Of a stretch of 42,844 nt of DNA, positions 1-8,525 are shown piece after piece. The notes under the pieces are model-generated. The model was not told the DNA's origin. It made no database searches and worked only from the letters and a program-made list of their open reading frames with translations. Numbering within the stretch: the stretch's first letter is position 1; every line of letters begins with the position of its first letter. Source of the DNA: Bacteroidales bacterium (lineage in GTDB: Bacteria > Bacteroidota > Bacteroidia > Bacteroidales > UBA1556); assembly GCA_029939445.1 (NCBI GenBank), contig JAOZSY010000001.1, positions 19,214-62,057 on the forward strand, given 5' to 3'. The position numbers were made by a program, and so were the translations under genes.

Positions 1-3000
1 CAGGGAAAAATTTATCATCACTTGTAGAAACAGCAGTTCCAAAATAATTACCTCCTGTAGGAAATGCTGTGTTTAAATCAACAAAAGCTTCGTTTTCGCA
101 AGCGTCAGGGAGAAGTCCGATAGATACATTAGGTAAAGAATTCATTTGAATAAAAATGGTGTCTGCTCCAGAGCATCCATTAGTGTCAGTGTATAAATAT
201 GTATATTCCTGGCTTCCACTAGTCACAGTATTTAAAGAAATAATATTATTTATAAGGCCAGCGCCCATATATGATCCTCCACTAGGCAATGCTGTTAGTG
301 TTACAGAATCATCTGTTAAGCAGTAAGCTGTAGCATTAGAATTTGAGAATGCTACTGTAGGATTTGGGTTTATTGTAAAAATAGCAGTATCGCTATTAAC
401 GCAGTTATTTGTGTCAGTATAAACGTAGGTAATCTCCTTATTGCCTATTCCTAAATTTTGAGGATAAATAATTCCTTGTTGATTAATACCTCCATAATAT
501 GTACCTCCAGCTTTGGAAGTGATAATGGTGTCATAATCACTATTTGAACAGTATTCAGAATTATACCCACTTATATAAATCTCAGGTATATTATGAACTA
601 TTACTTCCACAGAATCTACATTATGAATAGTGCAGCCATAATTATCAGTTATGGACACTATGGTAAATAAAGTTGAAGTGTCGGGACTGAAATAATCTAT
701 CATAACACTGTTAACAGTATCTGCGAGAGGCGTATCGTTGATTTTCCAATTAACAATCATTGGAAATGCTCCATATAGATCAGTACGAATATGAGTGGAA
801 TCTCCAAAGCAAATACTAGGGTTAAGCGTAGATGTATTTGCTGATAGTCCTGGAGTAAATTGTATGTTTATTTGGTCTGAATTTGCCAAGCCCAAATTAT
901 CATATACAGTAACGGAGTATGTTCCTGGAGTACTTGCAATTATAGTTGAACTAGTGTCTCCATTTACATTTGGCCCATTCCATAAATAGGTATAGTTACC
1001 CTCTGAATTTAGCTGTGGGCTAAGGGATAATGAGTCGTAAAAGCAAATTGTAGTATCATTACCTAAGTCTACAACAAAAGTATTAGTAATACCGAAATTA
1101 TCAATTGCAAAAACACAATAGGCCATTTCGCTAGAAATTGTTCTAACACCAATTCGTGCTTTATCACCATCAAATTGTCCAATGGGTATACTATAGCTAT
1201 GCCAATTAGTATCGTTAATATAATTCGATTCGTTTATGGAATATATAAGTGACTCTTCATCGTTGCAGTTTATTATTACAAAGTTAATAGAGTCAGAGTA
1301 TTCCTCTACAAGAAAGAATTTAAAATCAAAACTATAAACAGATTGTGGTTTAATAATGCCAATATAATCATCCATTATTGCATATTGATTAGGCATTGGT
1401 TGTTCAACTTGGTATATAAGTGCGCTAGACGAAAAACCATTATAACCAGATTTCATAATCATATAATTTTCTAATGACCAACCCTCATAATTATAAATAA
1501 TTCCAGGAATTTCTCCTCCACCATCACCACCATCACCACCACCGTCAAATACTTCTTCGTCAGAAGTGTTTTCAAACTCTTCTATGTATGATATCTCGTG
1601 GTGTCTGAATAATTGAATTTTAGTTCTAGAAGTATCATTAAGTAACATGGTGTCACTAGAAAGTGTTGTGAATACTTTGAAATCAAAATCATCATTAACA
1701 AAACTATTAAATGTTCCAATAAATACAATAGCTTCCCCAGTATATGGTTCTAGCGTATCTGTTATTATAGTATTGAAGCTAGCAGGAGTACTGCAGTCTA
1801 TAGTCATATTTACAGGTATGTTTGTTTGAGGCAGAGTGCCATAGTTTCTTACAACAGCAAATATGGAGTCGTTTTCAATTCCACAATTAGTCATATCACC
1901 TCCAAATATTTCTGTTACACCAACATCATTTGGTTGTGGCGAATATATCAGAATATCATCGATGTAAATATGGTCCTCCTCTACATTCCTTAGTATTCCA
2001 TTAAATTCTATTTTTATTTGACTACCAGCAAATTGGTTTATATTAAATTCCAAGTTCACAAAACCAGATGTAGTGTTTGTCCAAACACTATCATTATTTA
2101 TATCTTTAACAATAGTGTCGTTTACTGTCACATAGAAAAAGGTATAACCTATCATGTCTTTAACATCTAACCTTAGTTTTGCAAATAATGAAAGCTCAGT
2201 TAAACCTGAAGCATCAATATAGCAAGTTGATAAAGAAGCTGAATGAATAGTATTATACTCTATTAGTAAAGCAAGGTCTCCATCTGCTCCCTCCCAACTA
2301 AAATCATCTCCACCAGTCATGAGAATACATTTGCTGCCATTAACACCCTCACCATCAATAATCTCTATTGAAGATTTTTCGTTGCTAACTAATTCGAAAT
2401 AGTAATTTGTATCTTCAAAATCTTCTCTAAATGGAATTTCTGAAATTTTTAATGTATTAAATATATCTATTGTTATGGAGTCATTCTCCCTGATTTGGTC
2501 GTTGTCTAAATCTGAGAATACTGTTAAATAAATATCTCCCCATTGTGATAAATCTACATTTGCACTAAAAGTAAAAGTGTCAATTTCCATAGAATTTAGC
2601 GAAGCCAATATCTCAGTAGTTATAGGACCATTATTTATTTTATAGCTTAATGGTATATTTGTTTGATTTTCAGTACCAGTATTTTTTATAACTATAGCAA
2701 AGGATTCGCTATTTGATAAATCACAAGCCTCACCAATTAGTCCTATATAATCAATTATTCTAATGTCGTTAGCAAAAGGATTATATTCATCAGCTCCTAT
2801 ATCTGGATTAGAAGCATCTCTTGCTTCATTATCCATATCATCTTGAATATATGCTATCGGTATTCCGCTATTATTCATAGTTAAACTACTTGAGCGTAAG
2901 TTTGTTGTAGTGTAAAAAATAGGGTCTTCTGATATGGAAGTATTGTCTCCAAACGAATAACTACTAAAGGTTGGTATATCATTAATTATTTGACCATTGA

Positions 3001-5044
3001 AATAAATAAAAATGCTATCAGTAGTATAGAAATTATTGTTATCAGAATGCAAAGCAGTATCACTCATTGAAGCGTGAAAAGCATAACCACTATCGCAATA
3101 TAGGATATTATTATATAAGTCAATGTTTGAGCTTCCATTATTAATTGAAATAGCTTTTGAGTATATATTACCATCATTTATTTTTATGGTATTATTATAA
3201 TAATGAATACTGCTAGAGCTAGAATTTTCTATGCCAGTTGATTCTCCTTCTAGATATATCATATTATTAGTAATAAAAACACTATCGTTTGTTTCATAAT
3301 TTTGATTCAAATTATTTACTAAAATACCTACTCCTTCACTTTCATAGATTATTGTATTTTTGTTTACTTCAATTTTATCCATACAATCTATTATAACAAT
3401 TGCAAAATTGAATTCCATAAGTACTTCCTTACTATCTATAGTGTTATTTGATATATCTAAATAACTTTGTTGCGAAACAAATATTCCAAAAATGCCAGCA
3501 TCTGAAATGTGATTATTTGTAATAGTATTTTGCACGGCTTTAATTTCTTCTTGCATTTCAGGAACTTCTGCAGCTCCATTTAGTACAATACCGAAAAGGC
3601 AGTTTTTAATCTCGTTACTATCAATTGTTAAATAATTTGCATTTGTAGCGAAATTAAAATACCCTTCATCAAGAATTTCTCCAATATTTTGAGATGCTAC
3701 AATTCCAAAACTAAAGGAAGGTATAGTTAAAGCTTCAATTACACAATTTTTAATAGTAATATGATCGGCTTCATTTGTTAAATTAACTCCAATAAATGCT
3801 TCTGGTGAAGTTTGTTTTATGGTTAAATTAACAATAGAAATATACTGAGCACCATTTATTTCAATTACGCAACTGTCAAGGGGTTCAGTGCTAGAATTTA
3901 ATAATACAGTATTGTGACTTTGACCTTTAATTGTTAAAGTATTAGTACTGCTTAATCCATTAATGGGGTTAATAGAGTAGGAGGCATCAAATACAATTTC
4001 ATCTAATAATAAGGTTGTTGGTCCATTAATGCCACAGCCTCCCAGAAAATTCAAAGCTTCTTCTAAAGTGATAAAATTCTTGTTAGGACCCACGGTATAT
4101 GTGCCATTTAGTTGGGTACATACTATTGTATTCCTATATATCGTATCATTATATTTATTACTGTCATCGGCTAACACTACTACACCAAGTATATCATAAT
4201 ATCCGGTATTACTTAAGTCAGCACTTTGAGCGAAAGTATATATAGCAGTATCACCTGGATTAAGAGTAGAAGAGAAAATTTCTGTCACATAGGTGTTGCC
4301 ATTATCAATACTATATTTTACGTTAAAATTACTTTGAGCGGCAAGCCCTGCATTATTTATTATTATTTTTATTGTCGCATTAGAGCTAGGGTCTACAATA
4401 TCATTTAAATTAGGCTCACTAAATTCAATAATACCAATATCTGTTTGAGTTTCAGGCATAATCCCAAATAAAATATTTGGTTTTAAGTTATCAGACCATC
4501 CGTCCGAAAATCCACAACCACTTGCATAATCATCTTCCTCATACCAAACCATGTTAGAATCTATTGAACAATACACAAATGATTCTTCATAATATTCTGT
4601 ATTATCGTGACAAACTTGAACTAGTAGATTGCTTATTCCATCCCAATAAAAAACGCTATTTAGATTAATAGTATCCCAACCTACTTTTGTAAGTGTATAG
4701 TCATTATCGTAAACAGTAGTCCAATTAGTAGTAATAAAACTATCTAATGAAGTATCATTTGTGTTTTGTAGTCTTATTTTAAAATTAGTTAGTGTTTTAT
4801 TATCAAAACTACTAATTTCAAATGCTAAATGCGTTATTAATCCAGCAGAAAGTCCAGCAGTTTGTAATTCTGTAGCTGTATATAGCATTTGAGTTTTTGA
4901 ATCCTCATAATATGTATTAAGTGGGTAGGTTTCAGTACTCCTACCACTCCCAATAGTTCCATATGTTTGGGCAATTATTGCAAAAGGTATCGTTAATAAA
5001 ATAACAGTAATAAGATTTCGAAAGATAGTATAGTTTGTTTTCAT
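1..5044 (-). CDS. Giant secreted multidomain surface protein, N-terminal 1681 codons (3' end runs off the left edge); probable T9SS-type adhesin/cargo
   Basis: Absent from the ORF track because there is no in-window stop. Hand translation of the minus strand from ATG 5044..5042 gives MKTNYTIFRNLITVILLTIPFAIIAQTYGTIGSGRSTETYPLNTYYEDSK..., a signal-peptide-like N-terminus. I found no in-frame stop down to position 1; phase was checked at 4441, 3481, 3061, 2767, 2278, 1927, 1546, 982, 661, 181 and 4. Three homologous CARDB-like modules start at 4441 (DIGIIEFSEP..IKIIINNAGLAAQSNFNVKYSI), 2767 (DIRIIDYIGL..IVIKNTGTENQTNIPLSYKI) and 1927 (DVGVTEIFGG..AVVRNYGTLPQTNIPVNMTI). About 4130..2780 carries beta-helix-type turns (ITNNHISD, ISNNTIDS, VNKNTIIY, ITNNMIYL, YYNNTIKI, LYNNILYC, SDNNNFYT) and ends in NPDIGADEYNP. 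About 1055..1 holds Cys-bearing Ig-like repeats. Confidence 0.85.
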   Translation of the reverse strand, partial: MKTNYTIFRNLITVILLTIPFAIIAQTYGTIGSGRSTETYPLNTYYEDSKTQMLYTATELQTAGLSAGLITHLAFEISSFDNKTLTNFKIRLQNTNDTSLDSFITTNWTTVYDNDYTLTKVGWDTINLNSVFYWDGISNLLVQVCHDNTEYYEESFVYCSIDSNMVWYEEDDYASGCGFSDGWSDNLKPNILFGIMPETQTDIGIIEFSEPNLNDIVDPSSNATIKIIINNAGLAAQSNFNVKYSIDNGNTYVTEIFSSTLNPGDTAIYTFAQSADLSNTGYYDILGVVVLADDSNKYNDTIYRNTIVCTQLNGTYTVGPNKNFITLEEALNFLGGCGINGPTTLLLDEIVFDASYSINPINGLSSTNTLTIKGQSHNTVLLNSSTEPLDSCVIEINGAQYISIVNLTIKQTSPEAFIGVNLTNEADHITIKNCVIEALTIPSFSFGIVASQNIGEILDEGYFNFATNANYLTIDSNEIKNCLFGIVLNGAAEVPEMQEEIKAVQNTITNNHISDAGIFGIFVSQQSYLDISNNTIDSKEVLMEFNFAIVIIDCMDKIEVNKNTIIYESEGVGILVNNLNQNYETNDSVFITNNMIYLEGESTGIENSSSSSIHYYNNTIKINDGNIYSKAISINNGSSNIDLYNNILYCDSGYAFHASMSDTALHSDNNNFYTTDSIFIYFNGQIINDIPTFSSYSFGDNTSISEDPIFYTTTNLRSSSLTMNNSGIPIAYIQDDMDNEARDASNPDIGADEYNPFANDIRIIDYIGLIGEACDLSNSESFAIVIKNTGTENQTNIPLSYKINNGPITTEILASLNSMEIDTFTFSANVDLSQWGDIYLTVFSDLDNDQIRENDSITIDIFNTLKISEIPFREDFEDTNYYFELVSNEKSSIEIIDGEGVNGSKCILMTGGDDFSWEGADGDLALLIEYNTIHSASLSTCYIDASGLTELSLFAKLRLDVKDMIGYTFFYVTVNDTIVKDINNDSVWTNTTSGFVNLEFNINQFAGSQIKIEFNGILRNVEEDHIYIDDILIYSPQPNDVGVTEIFGGDMTNCGIENDSIFAVVRNYGTLPQTNIPVNMTIDCSTPASFNTIITDTLEPYTGEAIVFIGTFNSFVNDDFDFKVFTTLSSDTMLLNDTSRTKIQLFRHHEISYIEEFENTSDEEVFDGGGDGGDGGGEIPGIIYNYEGWSLENYMIMKSGYNGFSSSALIYQVEQPMPNQYAIMDDYIGIIKPQSVYSFDFKFFLVEEYSDSINFVIINCNDEESLIYSINESNYINDTNWHSYSIPIGQFDGDKARIGVRTISSEMAYCVFAIDNFGITNTFVVDLGNDTTICFYDSLSLSPQLNSEGNYTYLWNGPNVNGDTSSTIIASTPGTYSVTVYDNLGLANSDQINIQFTPGLSANTSTLNPSICFGDSTHIRTDLYGAFPMIVNWKINDTPLADTVNSVMIDYFSPDTSTLFTIVSITDNYGCTIHNVDSVEVIVHNIPEIYISGYNSEYCSNSDYDTIITSKAGGTYYGGINQQGIIYPQNLGIGNKEITYVYTDTNNCVNSDTAIFTINPNPTVAFSNSNATAYCLTDDSVTLTALPSGGSYMGAGLINNIISLNTVTSGSQEYTYLYTDTNGCSGADTIFIQMNSLPNVSIGLLPDACENEAFVDLNTAFPTGGNYFGTAVSTSDDKFFP

Positions 5045-5104
5045 AATAATATTATTAAAATGATAAAAATATATTTATTAATCCGTGTTTTGTTAATTAA
5101 CTAG

Positions 5105-5112
5105 CAAAGGTA
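5105..5112 (-). promoter_or_regulatory. Candidate Bacteroidota -7 promoter box (TACCTTTG) for the giant surface-protein gene
   Basis: The minus strand reads TACCTTTG, matching the TAnnTTTG consensus, 61 nt upstream of ATG 5044. Confidence 0.4.
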
Positions 5113-5271
5113 ACTAATTTGGAAGTAAAAAACTATTTTTAACTACTTTTAATTTTATAAAGACTTGGATTTGAGTATTTAGTAAGGGTGGCGTTGTGCA
5201 ATGATATGTTAATACTATGCTTATTTCGCAGAAATAGAATAGAATTAATAAGTAAATACTATTATGGAAAA

Positions 5272-5306
5272 CAAAAAAAATCCTTAATCAATTAAGATTA
5301 AGGATT
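5272..5306 (-). terminator. Rho-independent terminator downstream of tRNA-His
   Basis: Perfect 11-bp stem (5279..5289 aatccttaatc pairs with 5296..5306 gattaaggatt) with a 6-nt loop. It starts 8 nt after the tRNA 3' end and is followed on the minus strand by a run of T (plus-strand A run 5273..5280). Confidence 0.7.
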
Positions 5307-5314
5307 TAATTACG

Positions 5315-5389
5315 GGTGGAAGATGGGTCTCGAACCCACGACTTCCGGCACCACAAACCAGCGCTCTAACCAACTGAGCTACATCCACC
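5315..5389 (-). tRNA. tRNA-His (anticodon GUG) with genome-encoded G-1
   Basis: The minus strand reads G-GTGGATG-TA-GCTC-AGTTGGTTA-GAGC-G-CTGGT-TTGTGGT-GCCGG-AAGTC-GTGGG-TTCGAGA-CCCAT-CTTCCAC-C. This folds into a cloverleaf with U8, a GG D-loop and a TTCGA T-loop. The anticodon loop is UUGUGGU, so the anticodon is GUG. The extra 5' G pairs with discriminator C73, which is the His identity element. There is one U-U mismatch in the acceptor stem and no encoded CCA. Confidence 0.9.
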
Positions 5390-5401
5390 ATAATAAGAGT
5401 G

Positions 5402-5409
5402 CAAATATA
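5402..5409 (-). promoter_or_regulatory. Candidate -7 promoter box (TATATTTG) for tRNA-His
   Basis: The minus strand reads TATATTTG (TAnnTTTG), ending 12 nt upstream of the tRNA 5' end. Confidence 0.5.
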
Positions 5410-5621
5410 AAAATATTTTTTATCTAATAAATATATATTTAAAATTATTATTGGATTACTAATTATTGCTGTAAGTTGCATATTACTAGTGTATAATAAG
5501 TAATAACAATCCTCTTTTTTGCTGTAGAAGGGCTGTGAGATTTTAAAATCATAACCTATTATTAAATTATAGGTATGTAATCCTATATAAATTGCTATTG
5601 AATATAGTCTAATTTCTACTT

Positions 5622-6377
5622 TTAAATTTTATGAATTAGCCCTGCAGAAGCTTGAGCTGTTGGCATAATTAGCATATCGTTAATGTTTACATGCTTAGGT
5701 AAGTTTGCACAATAAAAAGCTGCATCTGCAATGTCTTCAGGACGAAGTGGCTCAAACCCATTATAAATGGAATCGGCCTTAGCATCATCTCCTTTGAATC
5801 GTACATTAGAGAACTCTGTTTCTACTGCTCCTGGTGCAATTTGTGTTACTTTAATTCCAAACTCAACCATATCAATTCGCATAGCCTTAGAAATAGAATC
5901 TACAGCGTGTTTTGTGGCGCAATAGACATTGCCATATTGGTAAGTTTCTTTTCCTGCAACGGATCCTATATTTATTATATGACCAGATTTTCTATCCACC
6001 ATCAAAGGTGATATTGCACGTGTTATATATAGCAAACCTTTAATATTAGTATCTATCATTCTTTCCCAATCATCGATTACTCCATCTTGAAACTTATTAA
6101 GTCCTACTGCTAATCCAGCATTGTTAATAAGTACATCTATATTATTCCATTTATTACCCAAATTAGATATTGCTTTATCTACTTCTTTATTATTTCTTAT
6201 ATCAAAGTTTAGAACTAATACTTCAGTATTGTATTTATTATTAAGTTCTGTTTTTAATTCCTTAAGGCGCTCAATTCGTCTTCCCGTAATAATAAGTCTA
6301 TTGCCATTTTCTGCAAATATTCTTGCGCAGGATTTTCCTATGCCTGATGTTGCTCCAGTAATAAATATAGTCTTCAT
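5622..6377 (-). CDS. Short-chain dehydrogenase/reductase (SDR), YdfG/3-hydroxy acid dehydrogenase-like
   Basis: TGATSGIG nucleotide-binding motif, NNAG, and catalytic YCATKHAV (YxxxK). The 251-aa length is typical of classical SDRs. Confidence 0.9.
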   Translation of the reverse strand: MKTIFITGATSGIGKSCARIFAENGNRLIITGRRIERLKELKTELNNKYNTEVLVLNFDIRNNKEVDKAISNLGNKWNNIDVLINNAGLAVGLNKFQDGVIDDWERMIDTNIKGLLYITRAISPLMVDRKSGHIINIGSVAGKETYQYGNVYCATKHAVDSISKAMRIDMVEFGIKVTQIAPGAVETEFSNVRFKGDDAKADSIYNGFEPLRPEDIADAAFYCANLPKHVNINDMLIMPTAQASAGLIHKI

Positions 6378-6416
6378 ATATTAAGTGTTTATTCTTAGTT
6401 ATTTGAATTGTAAATG

Positions 6417-6424
6417 CAAAGCTA
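6417..6424 (-). promoter_or_regulatory. Candidate -7 promoter box (TAGCTTTG) for the SDR gene
   Basis: The minus strand reads TAGCTTTG, 40 nt upstream of ATG 6377. Confidence 0.4.
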
Positions 6425-6595
6425 TGAAAAAATTATAAGTAAGTAATTATTTGTTTATTATGGAAGATAATAATAATACTACTGATACTCAAGTATTTAT
6501 GTTTATTAATGGTCACAATTGAAACAAATTAAGATTCTTTACGTTAAAACTAATCGCTAAAGCTTTTTGCTTGTTAATAATATTTCAAAAAGCTT

Positions 6596-6603
6596 TATCT
6601 TTG
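6596..6603 (+). promoter_or_regulatory. Candidate -7 promoter box (TATCTTTG) for the bactofilin operon
   Basis: TATCTTTG matches TAnnTTTG. A TTG lies about 22 nt upstream (6571..6573). The box is 70 nt upstream of ATG 6673. Confidence 0.5.
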
Positions 6604-6672
6604 CATGTTCAAATTATAGTTTAATAGCTATTAATGAATATGATAGTTCTATAAATTAATAATAATAGTATT

Positions 6673-7080
6673 ATGGCAAGAAATTCAAATAATGACGTTG
6701 CAACAGAGTTCAATAGAATAGTTGCTGGTACAAGCATACATGGTCAAGTAGAGACAAAAGGTGATATTCGTGTAGATGGTACTATAGTGGGTACTTTAGA
6801 TATCAAGGGTAAGTTAGTTCTTGGTAAAAGCGGTAAAATTGAAGGTGAGATTAAGTGTAAGAATGCCGAAGTAATGGGTAGTATTGAAGGTGAAATTAAT
6901 GTGTCAGAATTACTTTCTCTGAAAGAAACTTCTTCTTTGAAAGGTGATATTATTACAAATAAAATATCAATAGAGCCTGGTGCTAGTATTAGTGGAACAA
7001 TTAATATGGATAAATCAGAAAACTCTACTACGAAGATAGGCCCTGCAAATAATGTCGAAAAAGAGCAATCAATTAAATAG
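6673..7080 (+). CDS. Bactofilin / polymer-forming cytoskeletal protein (CcmA-like, DUF583)
   Basis: Repetitive beta-helix-type segments: IHGQVETKGDIRVDGTIVGTLDIKGKLVLGKSGKIEGEIKCKNAEVMGSIEGEINVSE..LKGDIITNKISIEPGASISGTI. Confidence 0.85.
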   Translation: MARNSNNDVATEFNRIVAGTSIHGQVETKGDIRVDGTIVGTLDIKGKLVLGKSGKIEGEIKCKNAEVMGSIEGEINVSELLSLKETSSLKGDIITNKISIEPGASISGTINMDKSENSTTKIGPANNVEKEQSIK

Positions 7081-7306
7081 CTACGTAAAGTATTCTAGTA
7101 TTGCTTTTCAGATGGGGCTTACCGTTTTTGGAGGAACCTATTTGGGAGTTATGCTTGATGAATATTTGAAATGGGGCTTTCCTATTTTTACTATTCTATT
7201 TAGTATAATATCAGTTGCTTTGGCAATGTATTATTCCATTAAGGATTTTGTAAAAATGGGGGACAAGAAAACTAATGACAATAATGAATCTAATAAAACT
7301 GCTTAG
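7052..7306 (+). CDS. AtpZ/AtpI family small membrane protein
   Basis: 84 aa with two hydrophobic helices. The N-terminus KKSNQLNSYVKYSSIAFQMGLTVFGGTYLG resembles the AtpZ/AtpI pattern. It overlaps the bactofilin gene by 29 nt, suggesting translational coupling. Confidence 0.7.
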   Translation: MSKKSNQLNSYVKYSSIAFQMGLTVFGGTYLGVMLDEYLKWGFPIFTILFSIISVALAMYYSIKDFVKMGDKKTNDNNESNKTA

Positions 7307-7339
7307 TGATACTGGGCAGTTTTTCTAATATTATAAAGA

Positions 7340-7726
7340 ATGCAATCTCAAAAATCATTTGTAATTCAGTTAATTGGCTTAACTTTTATTATAGAAATTA
7401 TAGCTTTAGCTTGGATGTTTGCTATGCCTAAAGAATGGGTTTCTCCTACATTATGGGCAATGCCATTATTTTTTATGCTAATAACATATTTTATACATAA
7501 AGCATTTTTAGGAGCATTGGATAAGAATCCGAGACAATTTGCAACTCGCTATATGCTAGTTACTACTATAAAACTATTATCATTTCTAGTGATACTCTTT
7601 ACCTATGCCGTTCTAGTTAGGGACGATGCTGTGGCTTTTCTATTAAGTTTCTTTATTAATTATCTTATCTATTCAGGCTTTGAAGCAGTTTCGGTAATTA
7701 AACTAAATAAGGATTATTCGAAATAA
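7340..7726 (+). CDS. Hypothetical integral membrane protein (about 4 TM helices)
   Basis: 128-aa ORF with four hydrophobic segments, last gene before a strong terminator. No motif recognised. Confidence 0.7.
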   Translation: MQSQKSFVIQLIGLTFIIEIIALAWMFAMPKEWVSPTLWAMPLFFMLITYFIHKAFLGALDKNPRQFATRYMLVTTIKLLSFLVILFTYAVLVRDDAVAFLLSFFINYLIYSGFEAVSVIKLNKDYSK

Positions 7727-7763
7727 AAACACAGAAACTTTTCTACTACTTAATAAGGAAATT

Positions 7764-7812
7764 ATAGAAACAAAAAAATCGGATATTTAAGGTCCGATTT
7801 TTTTGTTTCTAT
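7764..7812. terminator. Bidirectional rho-independent terminator (20-bp perfect stem)
   Basis: 7764..7783 atagaaacaaaaaaatcgga pairs perfectly with 7793..7812 tccgatttttttgtttctat, with a 9-nt loop. A/T tracts inside the arms give a U-run in either orientation. It sits between the convergent genes 7340..7726 (+) and lolA (-). Confidence 0.85.
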
Positions 7813-7821
7813 ATTCTTCTA

Positions 7822-8466
7822 TTATCTTAAATCTACTACATCCGAATCAGGATACTTACTAGGGTCAATATTAAAATAGTTAGTAGAAAGACTTAAATTA
7901 GTTTCAAATTTCTCAACGCTAAAAGTGTAATTAACATTTTCCTTTTCGTATATGATAGCTTCATTAATCATGCTGCTTTCCTTAATTACCTTAATACGGA
8001 TTTTATAATAAGATTTGCCTTCCTTAGGAGTAAGGTCAATTACATAAATATCTTTTCCTCCATCTTTAGTAGTCTTAATATATTTTGCATTATAGCTATC
8101 GTCCACATTAGTTATTACTTTAAGAAAACCAAAGCTGTCTTGAGTTTTATCAACGTTACTAATTTGAATTTCCTCAGCATCAGGGTCATGAGTCCACATT
8201 GTAGTGCCGTCAGAGACAATATTTCTACCCATAATATGTAGGTTATACATATCGCCTGACATCACAATGCTACCAGCAATAGTGTTATCTATCTTATGGG
8301 CTTTATCTTGCATTCTATAATTAAATTGGAATTTAAGATTATTATAAGTTTTAGCTTTAGTTGCAACTTTTTCTAAAATATCATTAGCTTTTGAGTCATT
8401 AATCTGAGCAAATCCATTTTGTGTAATAGTTAGGAATGCTATTAATACGATTATAATACTTTTCAT
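7822..8466 (-). CDS. lolA: LolA-like outer-membrane lipoprotein carrier protein
   Basis: Signal peptide MKSIIIVLIAFLTITQNGFAQ and a 214-aa length. It lies immediately downstream of ftsK, the usual Bacteroidota arrangement. Its pattern is LolA-like (KFQFNY..GSIVMSGDMYNL..TTMW). Confidence 0.8.
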   Translation of the reverse strand: MKSIIIVLIAFLTITQNGFAQINDSKANDILEKVATKAKTYNNLKFQFNYRMQDKAHKIDNTIAGSIVMSGDMYNLHIMGRNIVSDGTTMWTHDPDAEEIQISNVDKTQDSFGFLKVITNVDDSYNAKYIKTTKDGGKDIYVIDLTPKEGKSYYKIRIKVIKESSMINEAIIYEKENVNYTFSVEKFETNLSLSTNYFNIDPSKYPDSDVVDLR

Positions 8467-8525
8467 ATTTTTATAATTTATACTTTATATTTTATCAGAT
8501 AAAGAGTGTTGTTTTATTTATTTAA

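Noticed and set aside
1516-1548. GGT/GAT-rich stretch (ccaccatcaccaccatcaccaccacc) considered as a tandem repeat or contingency locus
   Set aside because: It is in frame within the giant ORF and encodes a short DGGGDGGDGGGE linker between domains. It is too short and imperfect to call a repeat element.
795-4408. Plus-strand ORFs 795..989, 1647..1829 and 4226..4408
   Set aside because: They are short, low-complexity and antisense to the continuous minus-strand ORF of at least 1681 codons. They have no promoter box or recognisable motif.
5284-5481. 65-aa minus-strand ORF in the track
   Set aside because: It is built on the tRNA-His gene (5315..5389) and its promoter region. The peptide segment VAQLVRALVCGAGSRGFETH is simply the tRNA read as protein.
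5045-5620. tRNA-His neighbourhood considered as a genomic-island or prophage integration site
   Set aside because: There is no integrase or recombinase gene on either side. I did not see a duplicated copy of the tRNA 3' end, and the flanking genes are ordinary chromosomal genes.
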